Counted from the first letter of the stretch, positions 48,628 to 57,673 are shown. The stretch: DNA of 64,000 bases from Burkholderiales bacterium (GCA_035651315.1 DASRFY010000063.1:1009-65008); one strand, 5' to 3'. Numbers and translations: made by a program. Notes: a model not told the origin generated them from the sequence alone.

Positions 48628-49155
48628 TCAGGCGGCCGCCCGTTCCTCGGCGCTCCCGCCTTGGGCGATCGCGATCTGCACCGGCGTGGCGTTGCGGAAC
48701 AGGTCCAGCACCGGGCAGTGGGCGTCGACCGCCGCCTTGAGCTTCGCAAGCTGCTCCGGAGAGGCCGGGCTGTCGAACTCGACGGTGCCTCGAATCCGCT
48801 GGTAGCCCGGGCGCACGCCCTCCGCGGCGTTGAAGAAGCCGCGCAGGTCGATCTCGCCTTCCAGCCTCACCGACACGTCGTTGAGCGGAATCCCGAGGGC
48901 ATCGGCGTGCAGGCGATACGTGATCTCCTGGCAGGTGGCGAGCGCCGCGAGCGCGTATTCGACCGGGTTGGGGGCGGCGTCGGTGCCGCCGAGGGCGGGC
49001 GGTTCGTCCACCTCTACGTGGAAGTTGCGGATCTTCACTTCTCGGTAAAGACCGTCCTTGCCGCGGCTCTCCACGCTGAACTTGGCGATGGCCTGCTCGG
49101 GATTCCCGGCGAGGAAGGACTGGGTATCGGTGAAAAGCTGGGTATAGCGTGACAT
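48628..49155 (-). CDS. OsmC family peroxiredoxin-like protein
   Basis: 'GGTDAAPNPVEYALAALATC' and '...AHCPV' OsmC Cys motifs. ATG 49155 follows GAGGAG. Confidence 0.85.
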   Translation of the reverse strand: MSRYTQLFTDTQSFLAGNPEQAIAKFSVESRGKDGLYREVKIRNFHVEVDEPPALGGTDAAPNPVEYALAALATCQEITYRLHADALGIPLNDVSVRLEGEIDLRGFFNAAEGVRPGYQRIRGTVEFDSPASPEQLAKLKAAVDAHCPVLDLFRNATPVQIAIAQGGSAEERAAA

Positions 49156-49449
49156 CGGTGCGCTCCTCAGGTTCGGACCAGGGCCCGCGGAGACGATCCG
49201 CGGCGCTTTAGCGGTGATTTTTGCGTGGTCGCAAGCTGCCCGATCAAATCCCACGGGTTCGAAATCTCGCCGCTCGAACCAGGCGGTGGCAGTCCTTGTT
49301 CCCGAAGGACTTCGGACGTTGTCTCGCGCCCCGCGTAGGGCGCGCAACGAAACTCTAGCGCCGTGCCTTATGCCGCGTTCGAATAATTTGGAATTTCCTT
49401 ATGCACCGGGTGCTGCCCGCTCCCCGCCGCGAACGCCGTCCCGCCCTGC

Positions 49450-49602
49450 GGCGCGCCGAGCGGCGTGGCTCTCGGCGACTCGCATGGCGCGGTGTTCCGC
49501 TGTCGTTCGATCATGAGCTGCACCGAGGTCTGCCCGAAGGGACTGAGCCCTTCGCGCGCCATCGAACAGATCCGCCCGAAGATCGTCAGTTGCTCGACCT
49601 GA
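49450..49602 (+). pseudogene. C-terminal fragment of a succinate dehydrogenase/fumarate reductase Fe-S subunit (SdhB/FrdB-like)
   Basis: It encodes '...AVFRCRSIMSCTEVCPKGLSPSRAIEQIRPKI', matching the SdhB 'FRCHSIMNC..VCPKGLNP.RAI..IK' tail. There is no start codon, upstream domain or sdh partner. Confidence 0.5.
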
Positions 49603-49764
49603 GCGCAGCGGCTCGCCCCGGACGAGGCGATGTCGATGCGAAGACGGTGCCCGCGGACGGTGACGCAAGAGCTCTTCTCAACTAAAAATGGGAGTTTATC
49701 CCTAGTTGTGCACGACGACAGCGCATAGCGTGGCGCTTACCGTTAGGCTTGTTTGTCAGTGCCG

Positions 49765-49917
49765 ATGGTTTTCAGCGGGTTTCCGCCGCAACTGAAGACT
49801 TTGTTCCTCACGATCCTCCCCCCGGTAGTCGCTTTCTGCTGCATCGTGGTCGTGGTGGCCCTGGTCGTATGGGTCCGGGGTGCGCTGCGCGAGCGGCTTC
49901 ACGCATTTAGGCGATGA
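49765..49917 (+). CDS. possible 50-aa single-TM small protein (very tentative)
   Basis: ATG-initiated ORF 'MVFSGFPPQLKTLFLTILPPVVAFCCIVVVVALVVWVRGALRERLHAFRR'. No SD. It lies in an otherwise non-coding 1-kb gap. Confidence 0.2.
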   Translation: MVFSGFPPQLKTLFLTILPPVVAFCCIVVVVALVVWVRGALRERLHAFRR

Positions 49918-50154
49918 GAACGGCGACATATGTCATATCTCTCAGGCATCGATAAGACGGGAATTTTTCCCAGGCTTGAACGGGAGGCGCGCCTGCTGCC
50001 GGTGGCGCCGCAGCTCCGGATAATCCAAAGCTCGCTGCAGCGGCTGACTCGGCTGCGAGATGGCCGATTCCACGCGTCGTAGCGTAAACGGGGAACGGCC
50101 CTCATGCCGTTTCGCCGCAACGAGAGAACAAGAAGGAAAGGGAGGAATCAGCAA

Positions 50155-52455
50155 ATGTCTTGCTCAAGTCTTACGCCGCGCGCGGGACTCGGCCTTGCCG
50201 TTGTCGCCGCAATTGCCACAGGCGCGACCTACGCGGCGGAAAACCCGGCGACCGAGTTGGAAGCCCCGAGCGTCGAAGTCATCGGCACCACACCGCTTCC
50301 CGAGATCGGCATCCCGGTCGGCCAGGTGCCGGCAAACGTACAGGCTGCTACCGCCAAGGACATCTCGAAGCAGATATCCCCGAGCCTGTCCGATTACCTG
50401 ACGCAGAACCTGGGCAGCATGAGCGTCACCGACAGCAGCGTGAACCCGTTCCAGCCGGACGTAAACTTCCGCGGCTTCACCGCCTCGCCACTGCTCGGAA
50501 TTCCGCAGGGCTTGTCGGTCTTCCAGGACGGCGTACGGATCAACGAAGCCTTCGGCGATACCGTGAATTGGGACTTCATTCCGCAGTCGGCCATCTCCAG
50601 CGTTACCCTGATCCCCGGCTCGAACCCGGTGTTCGGCCTCAACACCCTGGGCGGGGCGCTGTCCATCCAGACCAAGAGCGGTTTCGACTACCCGGGGACC
50701 TCGCTGCAGACTTATGGCGGATCCTTCGGACGCCGCGCCTTCGAGATCGAGAGCGGCGGGCACGGCGACAAGGTCGATTACTTCGTCACCGGCAACGCCT
50801 TTCAAGAAGACGGCTGGCGGGACCATTCTCCCAGCCGCGTGAACCAGGTCTTCGCCAAGACCGGCTACCAGGATAGCGCCACCGACGTCGATCTCAGCTT
50901 CACCGGCGCGAACAACGCGCTGCAGGGCACGCAGGCGCTACCGCTTTCCATGCTCGACAGCCCCCAGCAGGCCTATACCTGGCCGGACATCAACGACAAC
51001 CGGCTGGCGTTCCTCAATCTGAAGGCCAGCCACTTCCTGTCGGAGAGCGCGCTGCTCGCCGGCGATCTCTATTACCGCAAGGTCGACCTGTTCTCGTTCA
51101 ACAGCAACGTCAACGACAATTTCGACCCGCTGAACCCGACCGGTCCCGGTACCACGCCCGCACAGAACATCCTTGCGGACACGCACCAGGTCGGCAAAGG
51201 CGGCACGGTGCAGATGACGCTGCTCGGGGACCTGGCCGGGCACAAGAATAATTTCGTCGCCGGCTTGAGCCTCGACCACGGTGAGACGGATTTCACACAG
51301 TTCACCCAGGACGCCAGCTTTTCGCCCGACCGCGGCACGCTGTCGAGTGCGCCGATCAACCTGACCACCCAAGTCATCGGCACCAACAACTACTACGGCG
51401 CCTACCTGACCGACACGTTTGCCATGCGCGACAACCTGCATCTCACGGCATCGGGACGCTACAACTATGCGTCGGTCAAGCTCGCCGATCAGCTCGGCAC
51501 CGCGCTGAGCGGCGACCATTCGTTCTCACGCTTCAACCCGGCGGCGGGCGTGACCTACGAGCCGATGCGGGCTATCAATACCTACGTCACCTACAACCAG
51601 GGCATGCGCGTGCCGACGCCCGTCGAGCTGACCTGCGCCGACCCCAACGCGCCCTGCAGCCTGCCCAATGCGTTTGTGGCCGACCCGTCGCTCAAGCCGG
51701 TGATCTCGAAGACCTGGGAGGCGGGCCTGCGCGGAAGACCCGCGGAAACCATCAACTGGAGCGCGGCGGTGTTCCGCACCGATCTGCACGACGACATCCA
51801 GTTCGTCAGCAGCGGCGGCGGGGCGATCAGCTCGGGATTCTTCCAGAACGTCGGCGAAACGCAGCGCCAGGGCATCGAGTTGGGACTGAACGCCGCGCTC
51901 GGCAAGCTGCTCCTGACGTCCCACTACAGCTTCATCGATGCGACGTTCCAGAGCCCCCTGGTAATCAACAGCCCGAACAACTCGACGGCGCAGCCGATCA
52001 CCTGCGCCACCTGCACGGACATCCGGGTCAATCCCGGCGACCGCATTCCAGGCATTCCGCGGCATCAGTTCAACCTGCGCGCCGAATACGGTTTCACCGA
52101 AAAGTTCTCTGCGGCTGCCAGCCTGATAGCGGCCTCGGACCAATTCGCCCGCGGCGACGAGAACAATCAGGACGTGCACGGCACAGTGCCGGGATACGCC
52201 CTGGTCAACCTCGATGCGCGCTACCAGATGGACGCGCGCTGGCAGTTCTTCGGCCGCATCGAGAACTTGTTCAACCGGCGCTATCAGACATTGGGGTTGT
52301 TGGGCGAGAACGTCTTCACCGGGCCTGGCGGCACGTTCAACAATTCGGGCGGCGGGGTGGCCGAGCAGTTCCGATCGCCCGGCGCGCCCTTCGGCATCTG
52401 GGCCGGAGTCGTCTATGCCTTTGATGCGCCGAAAGCCCTGAAGCGCACCGATTAG
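50155..52455 (+). CDS. TonB-dependent receptor
   Basis: AAGGGAGGA RBS, signal peptide, plug domain ('VEVIGT', 'RGF'), 22-strand barrel pattern and a C-terminal '...GVVYAF' region. Confidence 0.9.
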   Translation: MSCSSLTPRAGLGLAVVAAIATGATYAAENPATELEAPSVEVIGTTPLPEIGIPVGQVPANVQAATAKDISKQISPSLSDYLTQNLGSMSVTDSSVNPFQPDVNFRGFTASPLLGIPQGLSVFQDGVRINEAFGDTVNWDFIPQSAISSVTLIPGSNPVFGLNTLGGALSIQTKSGFDYPGTSLQTYGGSFGRRAFEIESGGHGDKVDYFVTGNAFQEDGWRDHSPSRVNQVFAKTGYQDSATDVDLSFTGANNALQGTQALPLSMLDSPQQAYTWPDINDNRLAFLNLKASHFLSESALLAGDLYYRKVDLFSFNSNVNDNFDPLNPTGPGTTPAQNILADTHQVGKGGTVQMTLLGDLAGHKNNFVAGLSLDHGETDFTQFTQDASFSPDRGTLSSAPINLTTQVIGTNNYYGAYLTDTFAMRDNLHLTASGRYNYASVKLADQLGTALSGDHSFSRFNPAAGVTYEPMRAINTYVTYNQGMRVPTPVELTCADPNAPCSLPNAFVADPSLKPVISKTWEAGLRGRPAETINWSAAVFRTDLHDDIQFVSSGGGAISSGFFQNVGETQRQGIELGLNAALGKLLLTSHYSFIDATFQSPLVINSPNNSTAQPITCATCTDIRVNPGDRIPGIPRHQFNLRAEYGFTEKFSAAASLIAASDQFARGDENNQDVHGTVPGYALVNLDARYQMDARWQFFGRIENLFNRRYQTLGLLGENVFTGPGGTFNNSGGGVAEQFRSPGAPFGIWAGVVYAFDAPKALKRTD

Positions 52456-52859
52456 CAGATCACGCCGCGCGCGGCAAGGACGGCGTGCAACTGCTTCACG
52501 CGGTGCCGGTTGACGCCGAAGTCCGAATACCCGAGGCGGGAGGCGGAGCGCACCGCGATGATGCCCTCGCCGGCGCGAAGCTGCAGCTCCAGGTCGTCGA
52601 TAAAGCGGAACACCGCGCTCGTGCATTCCGCATGCAGGTATTCCGCGCTCTCGGTGACGATGCGCGTACGCGGCATGCTTGCCACCGCCGCGCACGCCGC
52701 CTCCCATGCCTGCGCGGCCGGCACCGCGAGGCGAAACGGCGCGATGGCGTGCGCCTTGTCGGGCGCGTCGCTGCACACGCAGTTCGGGGAATCGGGGCAG
52801 GGCTCGAGGCGTGAGCCCGGACCGCTAAGGCGGGTGGGATTCCGGCGCAGCAAGGGCAT
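52452..52859 (-). CDS. DUF1499 domain-containing protein
   Basis: 'CPDSPNCVCS', 'FIDDLELQL' and 'SASRLGYSDFGVNR' motifs. Confidence 0.8.
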   Translation of the reverse strand: MPLLRRNPTRLSGPGSRLEPCPDSPNCVCSDAPDKAHAIAPFRLAVPAAQAWEAACAAVASMPRTRIVTESAEYLHAECTSAVFRFIDDLELQLRAGEGIIAVRSASRLGYSDFGVNRHRVKQLHAVLAARGVIC

Positions 52860-53182
52860 GACGGCGACTCCTGTCCGGCGCGGGCGGGCCCGCTCGCGGG
52901 CAATCTTACATGCGCTGCCGGAGCGGCAGGCCGGGCGCGCGCAGATCATTCTCGCGTGCCTTGCAAATTAGAACCGACTTTTCCAAATTGCAAGCCATGT
53001 TTCCGCGCCTTCGCAACGTCGGCAAGCGGCCCGTGAATGCGCCCAAGGTCTAGAGTCGGCTAGAGTCGGGTCGGACCACCGCAAGCATCTGATCCGGTGG
53101 CGCAAGTCCGTAATATTGGCGCGTTCCAGGCGCTTAGAGACTCCTTTTTCCCGTCAATATCAGCGCTCTTGGGGGAGAAGCG

Positions 53183-53383
53183 ATGCCGCGTGCCAACCGC
53201 CATTTCTTGCCTAGCCTGATCTGGCACCTCGCACATTGCTGCCACGAGCGCAGCTTTCTCCTGAAATTTTCCCGTGACAGGACCACTCACTTGCGCTGGC
53301 TGTATGAGGCGCCCAAGCGATTCGGGCTCTGCGTGCTCAACTACATGGTCACGTCCAACCACATCCACTTGCTGGTCAAAAAA
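53183..53383 (+). pseudogene. N-terminal fragment of an IS200-like/RAYT-type Y1 transposase (COG1943)
   Basis: 'MPRANRHFLPSLIWHLAHCCHERSFLLKF...GLCVLNYMVTSNHIHLLV' (HUH motif present). It is cut after about 66 aa, so the catalytic Tyr region is absent. Confidence 0.6.
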
Positions 53384-53608
53384 ATGCGTGCCGAATACGA
53401 CTTTGACTATTCGAAGGCGGTGCGCGGAAAGTATTACAAGCGCATTCTGAAGGAAGGCGCCAACATCGTCGTCCTGGAACCCGACATCGCTAAGGCGTTC
53501 CCGGATTCTGCCGCCGTGAATGATGCGCTCCGCGTCATTCTCAAAGCCAGTCGATCAGCCAAGCGTCTAACTACCGGCTCAACGGCAACCGGGAACCTCA
53601 TCCGATAA
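53384..53608 (+). CDS. antitoxin-like small ORF (type II TA antitoxin-like, orphan), in frame with the transposase fragment
   Basis: 'MRAEYDFDYSKAVRGKYYKRILKEGANIVVLEPDIAKAFPDSAAVNDALRVIL' resembles short TA antitoxins of the 'EYDFS..(K/R)G(K)Y...VVL.PDVA..FPDS..VN.ALR' type. This is from my recollection and is not verified. Confidence 0.4.
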   Translation: MRAEYDFDYSKAVRGKYYKRILKEGANIVVLEPDIAKAFPDSAAVNDALRVILKASRSAKRLTTGSTATGNLIR

Positions 53609-53644
53609 AGTGGACACCTCGACCTAACGGTAGAGGAGGTTCAA

Positions 53645-53825
53645 ATGGCAGCACCGGTGGGTCCTAAGAAGGTTCATCGCTACACACTGGAGTTCAAGAT
53701 TCAGGCGGTGAGGTTGGCGAATCACCCGGATATCCAGACGCAGGACGTGGCTCACGCCCTGGATATCCACCCGTTCATGCTCTCGAAGTGGAAGAAGGAC
53801 TACCGGGAAGGCAGGCTCAAGCTGG
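53645..53825 (+). pseudogene. IS3-family transposase OrfA N-terminal stub
   Basis: GAGGAGG RBS. 'YTLEFKIQAVRLANHPDIQTQDVAHALDIHPFMLSKWKKDYREG' HTH. It is truncated where GC rises into the MFS gene 3' end. Confidence 0.65.
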
Positions 53826-53863
53826 CGGCCGAGGCCGCCGGACCGCCGCCCATGCCTGATCGC

Positions 53864-55207
53864 TCATGCCGCCGACTTCACCTCGCCACGAACCCCCTTC
53901 GCCTCACCGGCTTGCCGCGCTTCCGCTTCGTTCGTCGCCCGCACCGCAAAATACGTAATCATCCCCGATAGCAGCGCACACCCCGCAAGAAAATACAGCC
54001 CCATCTCGAAGCTCCTGGTGCTGTCCTTGATCCAGCCGACGACGAAGGGTCCGACGTAGCCGCCGAGGTTGCCGATGGAATTGATGAGCGCGATGCCGGC
54101 GGCGGCTGCCGCACCGGTCAAGAAGAACGAAGGCATCGGCCAGAAGCAGGGGCGGGAGCCGTAGATGCCGACGGTGGCGACGCACATCGCGAGGACCGCC
54201 CACCAGGATGCGCCCAGCCAGCCGGCGCCGATCAGGCCGAATGCCGATACGGTCGTGGCGACGACCAGGTGCCAGCGGCGCTCCTTGCGCCGGTCGGACG
54301 AATAGCCCCAGAGCACGAGGCCGATGGCGCCGACGATGTAAGGGACCGATGCGACGAGGCCGGTCATCGTGTTCGACAGGCCCAGGCCTTTCACGATCTG
54401 CGGCATGAAGAAGGTGATGCCGTAGTTGGCGGTGACGGTGAAGAAGTAGATCAGCGACAGCGTGAGCACGCGCTTGTCGGTGAGCGACTGCCACAGGGTG
54501 AGCCGCCCGGCGCCTTCCACCTTCCTGCGCTCGGCTTCCAGCTCGGATTCGAGCCATTCGCGCTCCTCGGCGCCGAGCCACTTCGCGGCGGCGGGGCGGT
54601 CGGTCATCTGCTTCAGCACGACGAGGGCGAGCGCGATCGCCGGGATCGCCTCTACGATGAACACCCACTGCCAGCCCTTGACGCCGAGAATGCCGTCCAT
54701 CCCCAGCACCGCGCCCGAGACCGCCGAGGCGATCGCGTTCGACACCGGCAGCGCGAGGTACATCGTGGAGATCACCCGCCCGCGGTACTCGGCCGGATAC
54801 CAGTAGGTGAGATAGAGGATGATGCCGGGGAAGAACCCGGCTTCCGCCACGCCGAGCAGGAAGCGCAGCACCAGGAAGCTGATCGGCCCGGTGGTAGCGG
54901 CCATCAGGCCCGAGATGATTCCCCACGTGAGCATGATGCGGGCAATCCATCGCCGCGCGCCGACCCGCTCGAGGATCACGTTGCTCGGCACCTCGAACAG
55001 CGCGTAGCCGAGGAAGAAGATTCCCGCGCCCCAGCCGTACAGGTACGCGCTGATGCCGAGTTCCTTGTTCATGGTGAGCGCGGCGAAGGCGACGTTGGTG
55101 CGGTCGATGTATGCCACCAGATAGCTCACCACGATGAGCGGAAGCAGCCGCCACGAAACCTTCAGAATCGTTCTTCGCCGGCGTTCGGGCGCGAATCCTG
55201 TGTGCAT
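53864..55207 (-). CDS. MFS transporter (ACS family)
   Basis: 12 TM, 'YIDRTNVAFAALTM' and 'ERVGARRW'. ATG 55207 lies 8 nt after GGGGGAGG. Confidence 0.9.
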   Translation of the reverse strand: MHTGFAPERRRRTILKVSWRLLPLIVVSYLVAYIDRTNVAFAALTMNKELGISAYLYGWGAGIFFLGYALFEVPSNVILERVGARRWIARIMLTWGIISGLMAATTGPISFLVLRFLLGVAEAGFFPGIILYLTYWYPAEYRGRVISTMYLALPVSNAIASAVSGAVLGMDGILGVKGWQWVFIVEAIPAIALALVVLKQMTDRPAAAKWLGAEEREWLESELEAERRKVEGAGRLTLWQSLTDKRVLTLSLIYFFTVTANYGITFFMPQIVKGLGLSNTMTGLVASVPYIVGAIGLVLWGYSSDRRKERRWHLVVATTVSAFGLIGAGWLGASWWAVLAMCVATVGIYGSRPCFWPMPSFFLTGAAAAAGIALINSIGNLGGYVGPFVVGWIKDSTRSFEMGLYFLAGCALLSGMITYFAVRATNEAEARQAGEAKGVRGEVKSAA

Positions 55208-55357
55208 CCTGGCGGCCTCCCCCATTCGACGATCATCCCGTCCCGGCGCTCGACGCCGGTGTGGTTCGTGTGCGCCGCGCAGCGGTCGCGCGGGTTCTCG
55301 AACCGTGCGGAATACTACTCCGACGGCTGCGACATTACTCGAGGGTCATGGGTCGAG

Positions 55358-56365
55358 TCAGATCACCCACGCCGGCGGCTGCAGCCCCTTCGACAGCAGG
55401 TATTCGCGGTTGAAGAGCCGGCTCTTGTAGCGCATACCCGAGTCGCAGAGCAGGGTGACGACCGTGTGGCCGGGACCGAGATGGCGCGCGAGGCGAATCG
55501 CGCCCGCGACGTTGATGCCGCTGGAGCCGCCGAGGCAGAGGCCCTCCTGCACGATGAGGTCGTAGACGATCGGGATCGCCTCGGCGTCGGGAATCTGGAA
55601 CGCGATGTCGACCGGCGCGCCTTCGAAGTTCTTCGTGATACGGCTGGTGCCGATCCCCTCGGTGATGGAGCTGCCCGCGAGCTTCAGTTCGCCGTGCATG
55701 ACGTAGTTGTACAGCGCGGAGCCGTCGGGATCGGCGAGGCCGATGCAGATCCGCGGTTTCTGTTTCTTGAGATAGGCCGCGATTCCCGCGAGCGAGCCGC
55801 CGGTTCCGACGGCGCACACGAAGCCGTCCAACTCGCCGCCGGTCTGGCGCCAGATCTCCGGGCCGGTGGTGGCGAAATGAAAATCGCGGTTGGCGACGTT
55901 GTCGAACTGGTTGGCCCAGATCGCGCCCTTTGGATCCGATCGATTCAGTTCCTGCGCCAGCCGGCCTGAGACCTTGATGAAGTGATTGTCGTCGCGGTAG
56001 GGAACCGGCTTCACGAAGCGCACTTCCGCGCCGAGCGCGCGCAGCGCGTCGACTTTCTCCTGGCTCTGGTTGTCCGGCATGACGATCACGGTGCGGTAGC
56101 CGAGCGCGTTGCCGACCAGCGCGAGGCCGATGCCGGTATTGCCGGCGGTGCCTTCGACCACGATGCCGCCGGCACGCAGCGCACCGTTTTTCTCGGCGGC
56201 GCGGACGATGCCGAGCGCGGCGCGGTCCTTCACCGAGCCGCCGGGGTTCATGAACTCGGCCTTGCCCAGGATCTCGCAGCCGGTCAGCTCGGAGGCGCGC
56301 TTCAGCCGCACCAGCGGCGTGTCGCCGATGCAGTCGATGATGCTGGCGCGTTTACCGGTGCGCAT
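55358..56365 (-). CDS. PLP-dependent cysteine synthase/cystathionine beta-synthase family protein
   Basis: 'NPGGSVKDRAAL' lysine motif, 'GTAGNTGIGLA' and 'GTGGSLAG'. Confidence 0.85.
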   Translation of the reverse strand: MRTGKRASIIDCIGDTPLVRLKRASELTGCEILGKAEFMNPGGSVKDRAALGIVRAAEKNGALRAGGIVVEGTAGNTGIGLALVGNALGYRTVIVMPDNQSQEKVDALRALGAEVRFVKPVPYRDDNHFIKVSGRLAQELNRSDPKGAIWANQFDNVANRDFHFATTGPEIWRQTGGELDGFVCAVGTGGSLAGIAAYLKKQKPRICIGLADPDGSALYNYVMHGELKLAGSSITEGIGTSRITKNFEGAPVDIAFQIPDAEAIPIVYDLIVQEGLCLGGSSGINVAGAIRLARHLGPGHTVVTLLCDSGMRYKSRLFNREYLLSKGLQPPAWVI

Positions 56366-56394
56366 GGGTCGGCGCGCGCGGGCGGCTGGCCGAT

Positions 56395-56820
56395 TCATTC
56401 CGGGCAGGGATACGCCTCGCGCAAGGCGGCGTCGAGCAGTTGTCCCGCGTTCCACGCGAGGCTGTCGCGATGCGCCTCGAGGTGGCGGACGTAGATCTTC
56501 GCCATCTCGGTGCGGTTCATTTCCTTCGGGACGCAAAGGCGGCCGTAGATCTCGTCCATCTTCTCGTTGCGGTGATGGAAATAGTGCCAGGTGGTGGCGA
56601 CGAAGTGGCCGGCCATGAAGCCGTCGATGAAGCCGAAGCACATGCCCTTCTCGAAATCCTTCATCGGGTCGGCGAGCGCATCCTTGCAGAAACCGAGCAT
56701 GTCCTTGCCGGTGAGATTGCCCCGGAACGGCTCCGCAGCCATGCCGCAGCGGCCGCCGAAGGCAAGCGTCAGGGACAGCGCCACGCACACCGTCGTCAAG
56801 GTGAAGGGAGAGGCGTTCAT
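56395..56820 (-). CDS. periplasmic Rap1a/Tai4-like domain protein
   Basis: Signal peptide, 'GKDMLGFCKD', 'GMCFGFIDGF', 'LCVPKEMNRTEMAKIYVRHLEAH' and a terminal 'AYPCP'. This matches the Rap1a immunity-domain pattern as I recall it. Confidence 0.5.
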   Translation of the reverse strand: MNASPFTLTTVCVALSLTLAFGGRCGMAAEPFRGNLTGKDMLGFCKDALADPMKDFEKGMCFGFIDGFMAGHFVATTWHYFHHRNEKMDEIYGRLCVPKEMNRTEMAKIYVRHLEAHRDSLAWNAGQLLDAALREAYPCPE

Positions 56821-56896
56821 CGCGGTTCGGCGTCTCCGGTCCGGTTGCAGGGCGACGGGCGGGCGCGGCGCGAGGTCGGGATGGCGGCGCCCGATG

Positions 56897-57673
56897 TCAC
56901 GGGCAGGCGGCCTTCAGCACCGCGACCGGATAGGCGTATTCGATCCGATCGCCCTCCCGGCGCAGCGGGATGCCGAGCCGGTCGTCGCTTACCGAGGCGG
57001 CGAACAGGGCGCGGATCCTGTCGCCGTCGCCGGGATTCGGAAACGAGCGCGCGAGCAGGTTCTCCAGCTCGTCGCGCAGCTCGTAGGACGTTTCCTCCGG
57101 CTGCGGCAGACCGGCGGCGGCGAACATGGACTTCAGCTCGGAGACCGGCATCGCGCGGACGTGCGACGGGTCGCGCAGCTTTTCCATGCGGTTGAACTCG
57201 GACGCCTTCGCGGAATCGGCGGAAGCCTCGACATCCACCACCACGACCCGGCCGCGGGGCGCGCAGACCCGCGCCATTTCCTTGAGCACGGAGAGCGGGT
57301 CGAGAAAGTGATGGAAGGTGAAGCGGGATACGACGATGGTGAACGAACGGTCCGGATAGGGCAGCGCGCCGACATCGCCCAGCCTCCAGCTCACGTTGTC
57401 GACACCTTTTTCCCGGGCGAGCGCGCGGGCGCGGTCCAGCATCGCCGGCGTGACGTCGATCCCGGTGGCATGACTCACGACCTGCGCGAATGCGCAGACT
57501 ACCAGCCCGCCGCCGCAGGCGACGTCGAGCACCGTGTCCTCGGGACCGGCGCCGCTGAACTCGACCAGCAGCCGCAGCGCGTTCTCGTCGGCGATGGGCT
57601 TCGCGGCCGAAAACACCGTCGCCTGGCGCGTGAACTGATCGACAATCAAGTCTTCGTGACGCGGAGTGGTCAT
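56897..57673 (-). CDS. class I SAM-dependent methyltransferase
   Basis: 'VLDVACGGG' motif I and 'FTIVVSRFTFHH'. Confidence 0.85.
   Translation of the reverse strand: MTTPRHEDLIVDQFTRQATVFSAAKPIADENALRLLVEFSGAGPEDTVLDVACGGGLVVCAFAQVVSHATGIDVTPAMLDRARALAREKGVDNVSWRLGDVGALPYPDRSFTIVVSRFTFHHFLDPLSVLKEMARVCAPRGRVVVVDVEASADSAKASEFNRMEKLRDPSHVRAMPVSELKSMFAAAGLPQPEETSYELRDELENLLARSFPNPGDGDRIRALFAASVSDDRLGIPLRREGDRIEYAYPVAVLKAACP

Noticed and set aside
49236-49290. A tRNA-like T-arm and 3' end: GGGTTCGAAATCTCGCCGCTCGAACCA. This could be a tRNA gene or an integrase att remnant.
   Set aside because: I could not fold a T-stem around the TTCGAAA loop. I also found no matching acceptor 5' strand or D-arm upstream on either strand. 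It may be a degenerate tRNA 3' fragment but is not supportable. tRNAscan-SE or ARAGORN would settle it.
52960-52994. The hairpin CTTGCAAATT-N15-AAATTGCAAG upstream of the DUF1499 gene, considered as an att site or operator.
   Set aside because: It is a single imperfect 9/10-bp stem with no second copy in the window, so the evidence for any specific role is insufficient.
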